A DNA stretch of 64,000 nucleotides from assembly GCA_964644695.1 (NCBI GenBank), contig CAZXWN010000001.1, positions 578,805 to 642,804 of the forward strand, written 5' to 3'. Shown piece by piece: positions 30,394 through 40,006 of this stretch (position 1 is the stretch's first letter; each line of letters begins with the position of its first letter). The stretch comes from an uncultured bacterium (GTDB taxonomy: Bacteria; UBP4; UBA4092). Below the pieces are notes generated by a model. The model did not search any database and was not told where the DNA came from. It saw only the letters and a program-made list of their open reading frames with translations. Both the position numbers and the translations under genes were made by a program.

Positions 30394-31257
30394 ATGAATC
30401 TGAATTACTATGATAATCATGGAAACCCTGTAATTAAAGTCTCAATTGCAGTGTCATTCTTATTTCATATTGCAGTGGTGGCTATAATTTTCCTAATATC
30501 TCATTTCAGTAATTCCAATCCATTCATCACTGGGGATGTTTATACAATAGACCTTGTCGGTAATCCTGCCATTGGAAATACCATGGGAACCATTACTGAA
30601 CCCTCCCCCATTACAATGCCCACGAATGAGGGACCCAAAGCCATTACTGACTCAAAAGCATCAAATTCCGACAATGAACCTGTTCCCGTCAAGTCAAAGC
30701 CTGTCACTGCAAAAACAAATTCCGATGATCTCTTTAATAAGTTATCCAGGAACTCACCACAATCATCCGCATCGAAACCACGGATCAACTTTAATTCAAA
30801 CTCTCCCGTTGTATCCAAAAATGGGGGATCAACAAATCCATCTAATACCCCTAAAATAAAGCAAGGGGGGAATACCCTGGGTGCTGTCAGAGGGTCATCC
30901 AATCTCACATTAGGAACTCCAAATGGTTCTCCGGGTGGAATTGGTGCCGGAGGGATGTTGAACGGAAAGCCCTTCCCTGACCCATACTACTTGCTGTCAA
31001 TCCAAACCAAAATTAATGGCAACTGGTCTCCACCTGCCAACATTTCAGGAAAAGGGCCGAAGAATTTAGTCGTTTTCTTTACTATAAATCGAAATGGAAA
31101 AGTATCCGATATACAAGTTGAAAGACCATCAGGTTCAGTTGTATTGGATCAATCTTCACTTCGAGCTGTTCAATTATCCAATCCACTGCCCCCTATTCCA
31201 CCCGTTGTAAAAGATGATATTCTTAGAATCCACTTTACTTTCACTTATGCTAATTAA
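30394..31257 (+). CDS. tolA: TolA/TonB-family energy transducer (TM anchor, Pro/Ser-rich linker, TonB_C domain)
   Basis: 287 aa; N-terminal TM, low-complexity S/P/N/K-rich middle, C-terminal TonB_C-like domain; sits between tolR and tolB. Confidence 0.7.
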   Translation: MNLNYYDNHGNPVIKVSIAVSFLFHIAVVAIIFLISHFSNSNPFITGDVYTIDLVGNPAIGNTMGTITEPSPITMPTNEGPKAITDSKASNSDNEPVPVKSKPVTAKTNSDDLFNKLSRNSPQSSASKPRINFNSNSPVVSKNGGSTNPSNTPKIKQGGNTLGAVRGSSNLTLGTPNGSPGGIGAGGMLNGKPFPDPYYLLSIQTKINGNWSPPANISGKGPKNLVVFFTINRNGKVSDIQVERPSGSVVLDQSSLRAVQLSNPLPPIPPVVKDDILRIHFTFTYAN

Positions 31258-31269
31258 GGGAGAGATTTA

Positions 31270-32562
31270 ATGTTAAATAAACACATCAAAAACAGATCAT
31301 TGCTTATTCTAGTTTTATTCATGTTTATGTCTTTGGCACAGGCAATGGATGTTTATATCGGGACCATGTTTTCCGTCACCCGTAAGAATATTTTGGTGAC
31401 TCCATTTTCCCCAATGTCTCAATCTGCATCGTCAGATAAAATGAACAGTCTGTGGGATGCTGTTAAATATGATCTCGAATTCTCCGGTTACTTTAGTGTA
31501 ATTACATTATCCAGAATTCCAACAAAACCAGATCAGCCTGGTTTCCCAGACTTGGGATTTCTGCAATCACTGAATGTTGAACATTACACCCAAGGGGGAT
31601 ATATCCTCTCAGGTAACAGGTTGTTCCTTGAAGCGAACTTAATGGATCCTAAAACGGGGTTGAGAGAATGGGGAAAGAAGTACCAGGGAGACTTAGGTCT
31701 ACATCGCGAAATGATACATCGATTCTCAGATGAAATTGTTAATAAAGTAACCGGCAATAAAGGGATTGCTACAAGTCGAATTGCTTTTATATCAAAGGCC
31801 TCAGGGAATAAAGAACTCTATGTTATGGACTATGATGGAGAGAATGTTTCACGACTGACTCACGATAACTCCATAACCCTATCACCCTCATGGTCTCCGG
31901 ATAAATCAGAAATCGCTTTTGTGTCATACAAAGATGATTCTCCATCTATTTATGTAATCAATGTGAATACTAAAAGAACCCGAAAAATATCTGGATATAA
32001 AACTTTAAACATGACACCAAAGTGGTCTCCAGATGGGCGTACAATTGCTGCAACCTTAAACAAAGATGGTGATGAAAATATTTATTTGTTGGACCCGCAA
32101 GGTAAATCCTCTCCCCGAAGGCTGACAAAGTCACCAGGTATTGACATATCACCTTCATTTTCTCCAGATGGAAGTCAGATTGCTTTTGTATCAGATCGCT
32201 CAGGTTCACCACAAATATATGTGATGAACTCAGATGGTACCAACACCCGCAGAATAACTTTTAAGGGTAATTATAATAGCAGTCCAGCATGGTCTCCCAG
32301 AGGGGACTGGATAGCATTTGTTTCACAAACCTCAAATGGATTTGATTTGTGCCTTATACAACCCGATGGGCAGAATCAAACGGTTGTTTCTACGGGATAT
32401 GGTTCTAACGAAGAACCCTCTTGGGCTCCAGATGGTCGGCATTTAGTTTTTAGCTCCAGCCGTACGGGATCTTCGGAAATATATACTTTTTCTTTCGACG
32501 GAAGTGGTGTTCGGACTTTGAGTAAACGATTAAGTGCCAGTCAACCTTGTTGGTCTAACTAA
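31270..32562 (+). CDS. tolB: Tol-Pal system beta-propeller protein TolB
   Basis: 430 aa; signal peptide; repeated SPxWSPDG propeller blades (SPSWSPDKSEIAFVS, TPKWSPDGRTIA, SPSFSPDGSQIAFVS, SPAWSPRGDWIAFVS, EPSWAPDGRHLVFSS). Confidence 0.9.
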   Translation: MLNKHIKNRSLLILVLFMFMSLAQAMDVYIGTMFSVTRKNILVTPFSPMSQSASSDKMNSLWDAVKYDLEFSGYFSVITLSRIPTKPDQPGFPDLGFLQSLNVEHYTQGGYILSGNRLFLEANLMDPKTGLREWGKKYQGDLGLHREMIHRFSDEIVNKVTGNKGIATSRIAFISKASGNKELYVMDYDGENVSRLTHDNSITLSPSWSPDKSEIAFVSYKDDSPSIYVINVNTKRTRKISGYKTLNMTPKWSPDGRTIAATLNKDGDENIYLLDPQGKSSPRRLTKSPGIDISPSFSPDGSQIAFVSDRSGSPQIYVMNSDGTNTRRITFKGNYNSSPAWSPRGDWIAFVSQTSNGFDLCLIQPDGQNQTVVSTGYGSNEEPSWAPDGRHLVFSSSRTGSSEIYTFSFDGSGVRTLSKRLSASQPCWSN

Positions 32563-32676
32563 AGTATATAAATTAACGCTTTAAGTTTGAAGCATAACCT
32601 CAGGTCTGATATAGTAATACAAGAGATTTTCTATTAAAAATCAAATAAATTATACTAAAGGGGGACATTTGAAAAA

Positions 32677-33264
32677 ATGTTCAACAAAATCAAAAAAATC
32701 AGTTTAGTTACAGTCGTTATTATGTTGTCTTTCGTTATGATTCTTGCTTCAGGTTGCTCCAGCAAGAAAGGTGCTTCTAAAGATGTGAATCAAGCAACTA
32801 AACCAACAAAAACCGAACCAATCAACACTTTCACCTCTGAAACCATCAAATATGTTCAAGATGATACCAACAACACCATTACAGAGAATGATGAAGGCAG
32901 AAAAGGAACTACAACCGTTGAAGGTTTAAATGTTGAATTGAATAGCATTTACTTCAACTTTGATAAATATGACCTTTCCGCTGAAAGTCGTGACATCTTG
33001 AAAAAGAATTCTGAATGGTTAAAAAACAATGCAAATGCGACTATTCGTGTTGAAGGTCATTGTGATGAACGTGGTACCGTTGAGTATAATCAGGCTTTAG
33101 GTGAAAAACGTGCCAAGGCTGTCAAGGATTACTACGTTTCATTAGGAATTGATACTGATCGCATCTCTACCATAAGTTATGGTGAAGAACGTCCTATGGA
33201 CCCAGCAAAAACGGAAGAAGCTTATGCTAAAAACCGTCGTTCTGACTCCAAGTCCACAAAATAA
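32677..33264 (+). CDS. pal: Peptidoglycan-associated lipoprotein Pal (OmpA-C domain)
   Basis: 195 aa; lipobox LASGC; OmpA-like peptidoglycan-binding motif (FDKYDL...GHCDERGTVEYNQALGEKRA). Confidence 0.9.
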   Translation: MFNKIKKISLVTVVIMLSFVMILASGCSSKKGASKDVNQATKPTKTEPINTFTSETIKYVQDDTNNTITENDEGRKGTTTVEGLNVELNSIYFNFDKYDLSAESRDILKKNSEWLKNNANATIRVEGHCDERGTVEYNQALGEKRAKAVKDYYVSLGIDTDRISTISYGEERPMDPAKTEEAYAKNRRSDSKSTK

Positions 33265-33278
33265 TCTTGTTTAATTTG

Positions 33279-33317
33279 ACCGGGCGAAATCTGATATGGC
33301 GATTTCGCCCGGTTTTA
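33279..33317 (+). terminator. Rho-independent terminator after pal
   Basis: 13-bp perfect stem ACCGGGCGAAATC/GATTTCGCCCGGT followed by TTTT. Confidence 0.8.
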
Positions 33318-33359
33318 TTTATACTCAAATAACAAATTCATGGACAGTGAGGATAGTGT

Positions 33360-34214
33360 ATGACTAATCGTGCTAAATCTTTAACAACGCTCTTTTCTCT
33401 AGTTTCTGTTTCTCTTTTTATCTTATCCGGTTGTGTTACCACAGAAAAAGCATTGGAACCCGTAAACGCAGATATCCTAACCTTACGACAACAAATAACT
33501 ACGACCCAAGAAGAATTAGCCACACTTAGAGCTGACATACGTAAAAACACCGAGCAAGAGATTGCTCCCATTAAACAAGATTTGAAAGACCTGCAACAAA
33601 AATTTGCTGATCATGAAACTCTTAATGAGCAAGCAAATCGTGATGCAAATATTATGGGTAATCGTTTGGATGAGTATTCTGACAGAATGGATCGATTTGA
33701 ACAAAAATTAGCTCAATCCGAGCAAAATACAAATGATCGAGTTGTATCTGCTTTAAAGGTATTAGAAGATAAAATCTCTGCAATTGAACAAAAACTGGGG
33801 AATGCGCAACCATCCGATACCGTTGCCACAGATACCTCATTATCACCATCAGTAAAGCTACTGCATTCAGCTGAACAAAACTATCTAAAGGGGAATTATT
33901 CAGACTCTGCAAGAATCCTGAATGAATATATTGAGAAATATCCTGCTGGTGAGGAACGTCCAGCAGTAGAGTATTTATTAGGACAGAGTCTTATCAATTT
34001 AAAAGACTATCCAAATGCATTGAAAGTTTTGAACCAGTTTGTTCAGAATTGGCCCGATGATGAAAGAATTCCTTCGGTCATGTTAAAGAGAGCACAAGCA
34101 TATAAAGCACAGAATAACACTAAGGATTTTAGATCAGAGCTTAATGCTTTGGTCAAGAAATATCCGCTTACGCCAGAAGCTGAACAAGCCCTTGAAGAAT
34201 TAAATAAACGATAA
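33360..34214 (+). CDS. cpoB: Tol-Pal system protein CpoB/YbgF (coiled-coil plus TPR)
   Basis: 284 aa; signal/lipobox; long heptad-rich N-terminal region and C-terminal TPR repeats; last gene of the tol-pal cluster. Confidence 0.75.
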   Translation: MTNRAKSLTTLFSLVSVSLFILSGCVTTEKALEPVNADILTLRQQITTTQEELATLRADIRKNTEQEIAPIKQDLKDLQQKFADHETLNEQANRDANIMGNRLDEYSDRMDRFEQKLAQSEQNTNDRVVSALKVLEDKISAIEQKLGNAQPSDTVATDTSLSPSVKLLHSAEQNYLKGNYSDSARILNEYIEKYPAGEERPAVEYLLGQSLINLKDYPNALKVLNQFVQNWPDDERIPSVMLKRAQAYKAQNNTKDFRSELNALVKKYPLTPEAEQALEELNKR

Positions 34215-34233
34215 GAATTTATATCCTTAACTC

Positions 34234-34266
34234 AAAGAAGGTCAATCACTTGACCTTCTTTTTTAT
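34234..34266 (+). terminator. Rho-independent terminator after cpoB
   Basis: AAAGAAGGTCAA - tcac - TTGACCTTCTTT perfect stem plus T-tract. Confidence 0.85.
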
Positions 34267-34269
34267 ATA

Positions 34270-34291
34270 TTGGCATAATATTTGCTATAAT
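34270..34291 (+). promoter_or_regulatory. Sigma-54-type -24/-12 element (TGGCAT-N5-TTGCT) overlapping a TATAAT hexamer, about 50 nt upstream of rpoN
   Basis: Spacing of GG and GC matches the TGGCAC-N5-TTGCW consensus exactly; TATAAT at 34286-34291. Confidence 0.45.
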
Positions 34292-34341
34292 GAAACAGAT
34301 TCGCTAGAATAAGGTGAGAAATCAAGTAGAAAACAAAACAT

Positions 34342-35769
34342 ATGATAAAACAACGCCTGACGCAAACCCAGACACAACGGCTGATAATGACCCCACAATT
34401 ACAAATGGCGGTCAGGCTTCTACAGTTATCCACTTTAGAATTAAAAGAGCTTCTGGACCAGGAAATCATGCAAAACCCCATCCTTGAGCTCGAAGACCCA
34501 GAAGAACGAATTGTTCCTCCAGTTTCCACTTCTTTAGAATCTGAAACGATAAAACCAGATGATCAGAAAGCTCTTGATGATATCAATTGGAATGACATTT
34601 TACCCGATGACCGTAACTGGGAACATCATACTGAATACGAATATAACCCGGATTTCAATAAAGATGAGTTTATTTCTAATCAAACAAAAGTAACAACTAG
34701 TATCTATGAGCACTTACAAGAACAGCTTCGTTTTTTGGTACTTTCTAATGAAGACAAATCTGTGGCCGAGGAAATAATAGGAAACATTGAACCAGACGGA
34801 TATATTCGAACAGATTTAAATGAAATTGCTTTAAAGCTATCAGTATCTGCAGATAAAATAGAAAAAGTCTTAAAATTAATACAAGAATTTGAACCGGCTG
34901 GAATTGGTGCAAGAGATATAAGGGAATGCCTTTGTATACAGGCTATAAGATATGGCTTGCCAAAGACCGCATTAACATTACTTTCTGAATCTAACTTTTC
35001 ATTGTTCGTGAGTCGTCAATATGAAAAAATTGCCCGTAATAATAAGTTAACACTTTTACAAGTGGAAGAGGCGGCAAGAACTATTGCCCATCTGGAACCC
35101 AAGCCCGGAAGACAGTTTCAGGAAGAACCTCCTCACTTCATCGCTCCTGATGTAGTTATTGAAAAGAATTCAGATGGTGTGTATGAGGCTTATTTAGTGG
35201 ACGATCAAATACCCCAACTTAAAATAAGCCCTTCTTATCTGGAAATGTTACGCCACAAGGAAACCTTGAATCCCAAAGATTATGAATTTATATTAGATAA
35301 ATTTAGATCTGCGAGAGTATTAATACGGAATATTGAACGTAGAAAGAAAACCATTCTGCAGGTCACTGATGAGATAGCAAAGACCCAAAACAAGTTTTTA
35401 GATCAAGGTATTGACTACTTACGACCACTAAAGTTAAAGGAAATAGCTGATAAATTAGGCATACACGAGTCAACAGTTGCTCGAGTTACAACGAATAAAT
35501 ATGTACATACCCCCCAGGGATTGTTTGAGTTGAAATATTTCTTCAGTCAGGGTCTTAGCACCGAGGAAGGTGATGATGTATCGGCCCGATCGGTAAAAAA
35601 TATTATTCAACAACTCATCAGCCAAGAGAATCCAAAACATCCCTTATCTGACCAAACAATCGCAGAAATTCTTAAGAACAAAAATATACAGATTGCCAGA
35701 CGAACTGTAGCAAAGTATCGAGAGCAATTAAAAATACTACCCGCACATCTCCGAAAAAAAATACTGTAA
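34342..35769 (+). CDS. rpoN: RNA polymerase sigma-54 factor
   Basis: 475 aa; Gln/Leu-rich region I (LTQTQTQRL...LQMAVRLLQLS), C-terminal HTH and RpoN box (ARRTVAKYRE). Confidence 0.95.
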   Translation: MIKQRLTQTQTQRLIMTPQLQMAVRLLQLSTLELKELLDQEIMQNPILELEDPEERIVPPVSTSLESETIKPDDQKALDDINWNDILPDDRNWEHHTEYEYNPDFNKDEFISNQTKVTTSIYEHLQEQLRFLVLSNEDKSVAEEIIGNIEPDGYIRTDLNEIALKLSVSADKIEKVLKLIQEFEPAGIGARDIRECLCIQAIRYGLPKTALTLLSESNFSLFVSRQYEKIARNNKLTLLQVEEAARTIAHLEPKPGRQFQEEPPHFIAPDVVIEKNSDGVYEAYLVDDQIPQLKISPSYLEMLRHKETLNPKDYEFILDKFRSARVLIRNIERRKKTILQVTDEIAKTQNKFLDQGIDYLRPLKLKEIADKLGIHESTVARVTTNKYVHTPQGLFELKYFFSQGLSTEEGDDVSARSVKNIIQQLISQENPKHPLSDQTIAEILKNKNIQIARRTVAKYREQLKILPAHLRKKIL

Positions 35770-35838
35770 GATTCGAGTATGGATTCTTTATCTATTTCTG
35801 CTAAAGTATTCCAATAATATACTACGTAAGGATTCAAT

Positions 35839-36915
35839 ATGATTGCAGCAGTAATAATGGCAGGAGGCCGTGGTGAGAGATTTTGGCCAAAATCCAGGAA
35901 GAAAAGCCCCAAACAACTTCTTGATGTGTTTACCGGGCGTTCATTAATTGAAGATTCTTTAAGCCATATCTCTGGAGTTATTGGGTTAAATGACACGTAT
36001 ATCATCACAAACAAGGTTATAGCCAATAAAATCAAGGTAATACTTCCCTCACTTCCAAATGAAAACATAATTGCAGAACCCATGCAACGAAACACTGCTG
36101 CAGCCATAGGAATCATGGCTGTATATTTGCGAAAGAAATATGGAAATCCGACAATTCTAGTTTTAACAGCAGACCACTTGATTCCAGACCATGAAAGTTT
36201 TCAACGTCATGCTTCAGTTGCCATAAAAATGGCAGAGAAATATCAATCTTTAGTTACCTTTGGAATATCATCGACTTACCCAGAAACAGGATTTGGTTAT
36301 ATTAAAAGGGGAACTGTTATAGAAGAAAGCAACGGAATATCTACCTTTAAAATTGATTGTTTTGAAGAAAAGCCAGCAAAAGAAAAAGCAATCCAGTTTG
36401 TAAATTCAGGGGATTACTACTGGAACAGCGGGATGTTTTGCTGGACCAGCGAGAGTATCTTAAACGCATTTGAAAGATATACTCCTGAACTATATCAACA
36501 ATTGCTGGTTATCGAGAAAACAGTGGATACGCCTCAATTCGCATCCACTCTCAAAAAAATATATCCAGAATTACCATCGATTCCTATAGACAAAGCCATT
36601 ATGGAAAAAGCAGATAATGCTTTAGTTGTAAAATCAACATTCCCCTGGCACGATATTGGTTCCTGGATTACATTGGACTTGATTCAAAAGAAAGATGAAT
36701 CTGGAAATATCTTAAGTGGACCAACCGCTGCAATTGATACGCACAACTCCATTATCATATCCGATAAGCAATTAGTCGCAACCGTTGGCGTAGATAATTT
36801 AATTATTGTTACAACCAAAGATGCTATTATGATTTGTCCAAAAGACAAAGCACAAGATATTAAGAAAATCGTTCAATATCTGGATTCATCTAAAACCCTG
36901 AAAAAATATACCTAA
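35839..36915 (+). CDS. Mannose-1-phosphate guanylyltransferase (GDP-mannose pyrophosphorylase; no PMI domain)
   Basis: 358 aa; nucleotidyltransferase motif VIMAGGRGERFWP, left-handed beta-helix C-terminus. Confidence 0.8.
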   Translation: MIAAVIMAGGRGERFWPKSRKKSPKQLLDVFTGRSLIEDSLSHISGVIGLNDTYIITNKVIANKIKVILPSLPNENIIAEPMQRNTAAAIGIMAVYLRKKYGNPTILVLTADHLIPDHESFQRHASVAIKMAEKYQSLVTFGISSTYPETGFGYIKRGTVIEESNGISTFKIDCFEEKPAKEKAIQFVNSGDYYWNSGMFCWTSESILNAFERYTPELYQQLLVIEKTVDTPQFASTLKKIYPELPSIPIDKAIMEKADNALVVKSTFPWHDIGSWITLDLIQKKDESGNILSGPTAAIDTHNSIIISDKQLVATVGVDNLIIVTTKDAIMICPKDKAQDIKKIVQYLDSSKTLKKYT

Positions 36916-36916
36916 T

Positions 36917-36953
36917 AAAAAAGGCGGCTTTCATGATGAAAGCCGCCTTTTTT
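36917..36953. terminator. Bidirectional rho-independent terminator between manC-like and the convergent amidase gene
   Basis: AAAAAGGCGGCTTTCAT - gat - GAAAGCCGCCTTTTTT perfect hairpin flanked by A/T tracts on both strands. Confidence 0.85.
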
Positions 36954-36960
36954 ATTATTA

Positions 36961-39093
36961 TCATTGAACTGTTATTGTGAAACGAGTCCTGGGAAGATTT
37001 ATCTTGTCGTAATTAGTGCAGAAAACTTCCAGAACATGATTACCACTACTCAAAGAAACTTCAGGAGTCCAGGTTAATACCCCACTTCGCCAATTATAAT
37101 CAGAAACAACACTCTTTCCATCCACCATCAACTTTACAGATGAAGGGACTATTTTTCGCAGATCACCTTTAATATTTCCTTCATCAATAAGTATCTTCAC
37201 AATTGGCTTATTACTAGCAGGTTCAAGAGGCTCTAATAGTTTAGCTACAGGATTTTCCAAAGAATAGTAGCTGACAAGTCCGCGAAAATAGGCATAAGCC
37301 TGACGTCTAAGGTAATCGACATTACGGAGCTGTTCTTCTTCCGCAAAACAATAGAAGTGAGACCCTTCACCAAGAATTCCTGGTATTTTATTCTGAAGTC
37401 CACGAAGTTCGCCATACCCTGAACCCCAGTATGAATAATAATCGGACATAACCCCAACCGTTGGAATATTCATATAGTCTGAAATATTTTGATTTACAAA
37501 TCGCGCCATGTCCAAAGATTCTGGATTATCATCAGGTTCACCATGGAAATAGACACTTCCATAATTTGTGTAAAAATCGAATGAATTATGATGGATTGAA
37601 ACAAAAAGATCAGAACCATTCTCCAGAGCCATTGCAGGTCTGTCCATAATATCCACGTCTACATCAGTGGTTCTGCACATATAAACAGTAGCCCCCGACT
37701 CTTCAAGATATTTCCTTAAATATTGAGCAACACCAAAATTAAACTCATCCTCACGAGAGTTAGTAGCTCCATATCGATACTCAGCCAGATGTGCCAATCC
37801 ACCATGTCCGGGACTTATTGTTATCTTTTTTCCCTTTAAAGCCACTGCTTGTGCAGGAATATAATTCAAATCAAGGGGAGGTAAATAACGATTCTTCCGG
37901 TCAGGATAATTTATATAGCTTACTTCACCTGAAGGCTGCTTAGGCATTTTATTCAGTGGGGACTGTGTTTTCTGTAAAAAGAGTTCCGTATCATTTCCAT
38001 CGAAACCATAGTAAGTTATCCAACCATACCCTTCTCTATCAGAAATCATAACTGGTTCATAAAAAAATATATTACTCTTCACAATTGGATAGGGTTTGAT
38101 GAATTTTTTGTTAATGTTATTGGAGTAGTAAATTGTATAGGGTCCAGAATCTCCCCCTACACCACCATGATATGCAATATGAACATTTTCATCTTTGTCG
38201 AGAACTATTGTTGGAAAATCATTTTCGGCAGAATCATTAATCAGTCTCTCAGGAACCATCCATCCAGCCTTCTGTGACTTGGTATAGGCAATATTTCGTG
38301 TCAGGGCTTCATCACAGGAAAAGGCGATGTGAACCACACCCGTCTCAGAAACAGCTACGACAGGATGCCAGGGTTTCCACTGTGAACTTACGGCCGTGAC
38401 GGGATTCTCCCATCCTTTACTGTTACGAACCATATATTTGATTGAATAATCACCTTGAGTACCCCCCAGATATACCATATGAATCCGGTCCCACATATCT
38501 ACCGCAATCGAAGGATACCAGTTAATACTATCCGACGCTGCGGTAATTTCTTCAGGCTTATTCCACTGATTTCCAGTTTTGTTCAGATACCATAGTTTTC
38601 CATCATCATCGTGAAAGACAACATGAAGGTTGTTCTTTGAGTCCACAGCGACAACAGGTCTGGACTCTGGGGCCTGCGAAGGTTTACTCAGGGATATACA
38701 AGTTGGTTCACTCCATGCACCCTGAGTGAAGCATGAATAAAAAACATACAGTTTATTATCACGATTCGCTAAACGGGATAAATAGAAGACATGCAAATCA
38801 CCGGATTTGTCACTTTTAATTACAGGTTGGTAATCACTGATTAAATAGGTTGAAGTGATATTAACTGATCGCCAGATATTGTCATCATCATTAAAAACAA
38901 AAATATCGTATTTCTTGTTGGGTACGATTTCATTGCAGGCCAAAACAGGTCTTCCATCTTTTCCAATATCGATGGATGGTTTTTGATCCTGCACATCATT
39001 TGCAGTTATCTGACGTACGGGAAACCACCCGTTTGATGCCCATAGCATACCAGGTACAATCAAAAGAACAAAAAGATTAATAATACGTTTCAT
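36961..39093 (-). CDS. Secreted multidomain cell-wall hydrolase: N-terminal repeat/beta-propeller (BNR/sialidase-like blades) region, C-terminal N-acetylmuramoyl-L-alanine amidase (Amidase_3), then an Ig-like tail
   Basis: 710 aa; signal peptide; repeated blades of form [SD]xxGxxH[VI]x[FY]; amidase_3 motifs ISPGHGG ... VYMCRTTD ... LFVSIHHNS ... GSVYF. Confidence 0.65.
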   Translation of the reverse strand: MKRIINLFVLLIVPGMLWASNGWFPVRQITANDVQDQKPSIDIGKDGRPVLACNEIVPNKKYDIFVFNDDDNIWRSVNITSTYLISDYQPVIKSDKSGDLHVFYLSRLANRDNKLYVFYSCFTQGAWSEPTCISLSKPSQAPESRPVVAVDSKNNLHVVFHDDDGKLWYLNKTGNQWNKPEEITAASDSINWYPSIAVDMWDRIHMVYLGGTQGDYSIKYMVRNSKGWENPVTAVSSQWKPWHPVVAVSETGVVHIAFSCDEALTRNIAYTKSQKAGWMVPERLINDSAENDFPTIVLDKDENVHIAYHGGVGGDSGPYTIYYSNNINKKFIKPYPIVKSNIFFYEPVMISDREGYGWITYYGFDGNDTELFLQKTQSPLNKMPKQPSGEVSYINYPDRKNRYLPPLDLNYIPAQAVALKGKKITISPGHGGLAHLAEYRYGATNSREDEFNFGVAQYLRKYLEESGATVYMCRTTDVDVDIMDRPAMALENGSDLFVSIHHNSFDFYTNYGSVYFHGEPDDNPESLDMARFVNQNISDYMNIPTVGVMSDYYSYWGSGYGELRGLQNKIPGILGEGSHFYCFAEEEQLRNVDYLRRQAYAYFRGLVSYYSLENPVAKLLEPLEPASNKPIVKILIDEGNIKGDLRKIVPSSVKLMVDGKSVVSDYNWRSGVLTWTPEVSLSSGNHVLEVFCTNYDKINLPRTRFTITVQ

Positions 39094-39185
39094 GTTATTT
39101 TCACAGCCTCCGAAGCATTCTTAAACTACACATAAGTTAACATAAAACTCATAAAAATTCATCTAGGCAACTCTTCCCTAACACC

Positions 39186-39211
39186 ATCGAACGAGATCCA
39201 TCTTGTTCGAT
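39186..39211. repeat. Palindromic hairpin repeat family A, copy 3. ATCGAACGAGAT-cc-ATCTTGTTCGAT between the amidase start and the sdhB stop
   Basis: 12-bp stem with one G-U wobble and a 2-nt loop; same core as copies at 2249 and 27147. Confidence 0.75.
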
Positions 39212-39290
39212 ATTGTCACGAATGCATAACACTATAAAAAAGCCTCTGAAAACATTAGTTTTCAGAGGCTTAAGTCTTTTCAGTATATTG

Positions 39291-39989
39291 TTACATCTTG
39301 CTGTACATAATTGCCTTTTTAACTTTACCGATACAGCGCGTCACATTGATTTCTCGAGGACAGGCTTCCACACAATTAAAGATGGTACGGCAACGCCAGA
39401 CACCCATCTGTTTATCGGCAATCTGTAATCGCTCACTGGTTGCATCATCACGAGTATCGAAAATGAACCGATATTGTGCCACAATAGCCGCTGGGCCAAA
39501 ATACTCTCCATTCGCCCAGAATGAAGGACAGGAAGTCGTACAGGAACCACAGAGAATACATTTGGTGGCTTCTTCAAAAACATCCACATCCGATTGAGAT
39601 TGTAACCGTTCTCTGTCACCGGGGTCTTCACTGTTAATAAGATACGGTTTCATTAAGCGATATTTTGCAAAGAAAGGTTCCATATCAACAATTAAGTCTT
39701 TAATGACTTTTAAACCCAACAAAGGTTCAATAGTAATAGGCTGTTTAAGGTCTTTAATTAGAATTTTACAAGCCAACCGATTCCGACCATTGATTCTCAT
39801 GGCATCAGAACCACACACAGCATGAGCACAGGAACGACGATAGGAAAGCGTTCCATCAAGATACCACTTAACATAATTCAATCCATCAAGGACTCTGTCA
39901 GTGGGCTCACAGTCAGCTTCATAAATCTCATAATGAGGTGCTTGATCAACCTCAGGATTATATCGTTGGATCTTAAATGATACTTTCAC
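39291..39989 (-). CDS. sdhB: Succinate dehydrogenase / fumarate reductase iron-sulfur subunit
   Basis: 232 aa; 2Fe-2S (CxxxxC..C), 4Fe-4S and 3Fe-4S cysteine clusters (CILCGSCTTSCP; CRTIFNCVEACP). Confidence 0.9.
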   Translation of the reverse strand: MKVSFKIQRYNPEVDQAPHYEIYEADCEPTDRVLDGLNYVKWYLDGTLSYRRSCAHAVCGSDAMRINGRNRLACKILIKDLKQPITIEPLLGLKVIKDLIVDMEPFFAKYRLMKPYLINSEDPGDRERLQSQSDVDVFEEATKCILCGSCTTSCPSFWANGEYFGPAAIVAQYRFIFDTRDDATSERLQIADKQMGVWRCRTIFNCVEACPREINVTRCIGKVKKAIMYSKM

Positions 39990-40006
39990 AGATCTACTCC
40001 GTTCTC

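Noticed and set aside
34271-34291. Sigma-70 reading of TTGGCA ... TATAAT upstream of rpoN
   Set aside because: The spacer is only 10 nt, too short for a -35/-10 pair. The GG-N10-GC spacing fits sigma-54 instead. It is retained as a finding with modest confidence.
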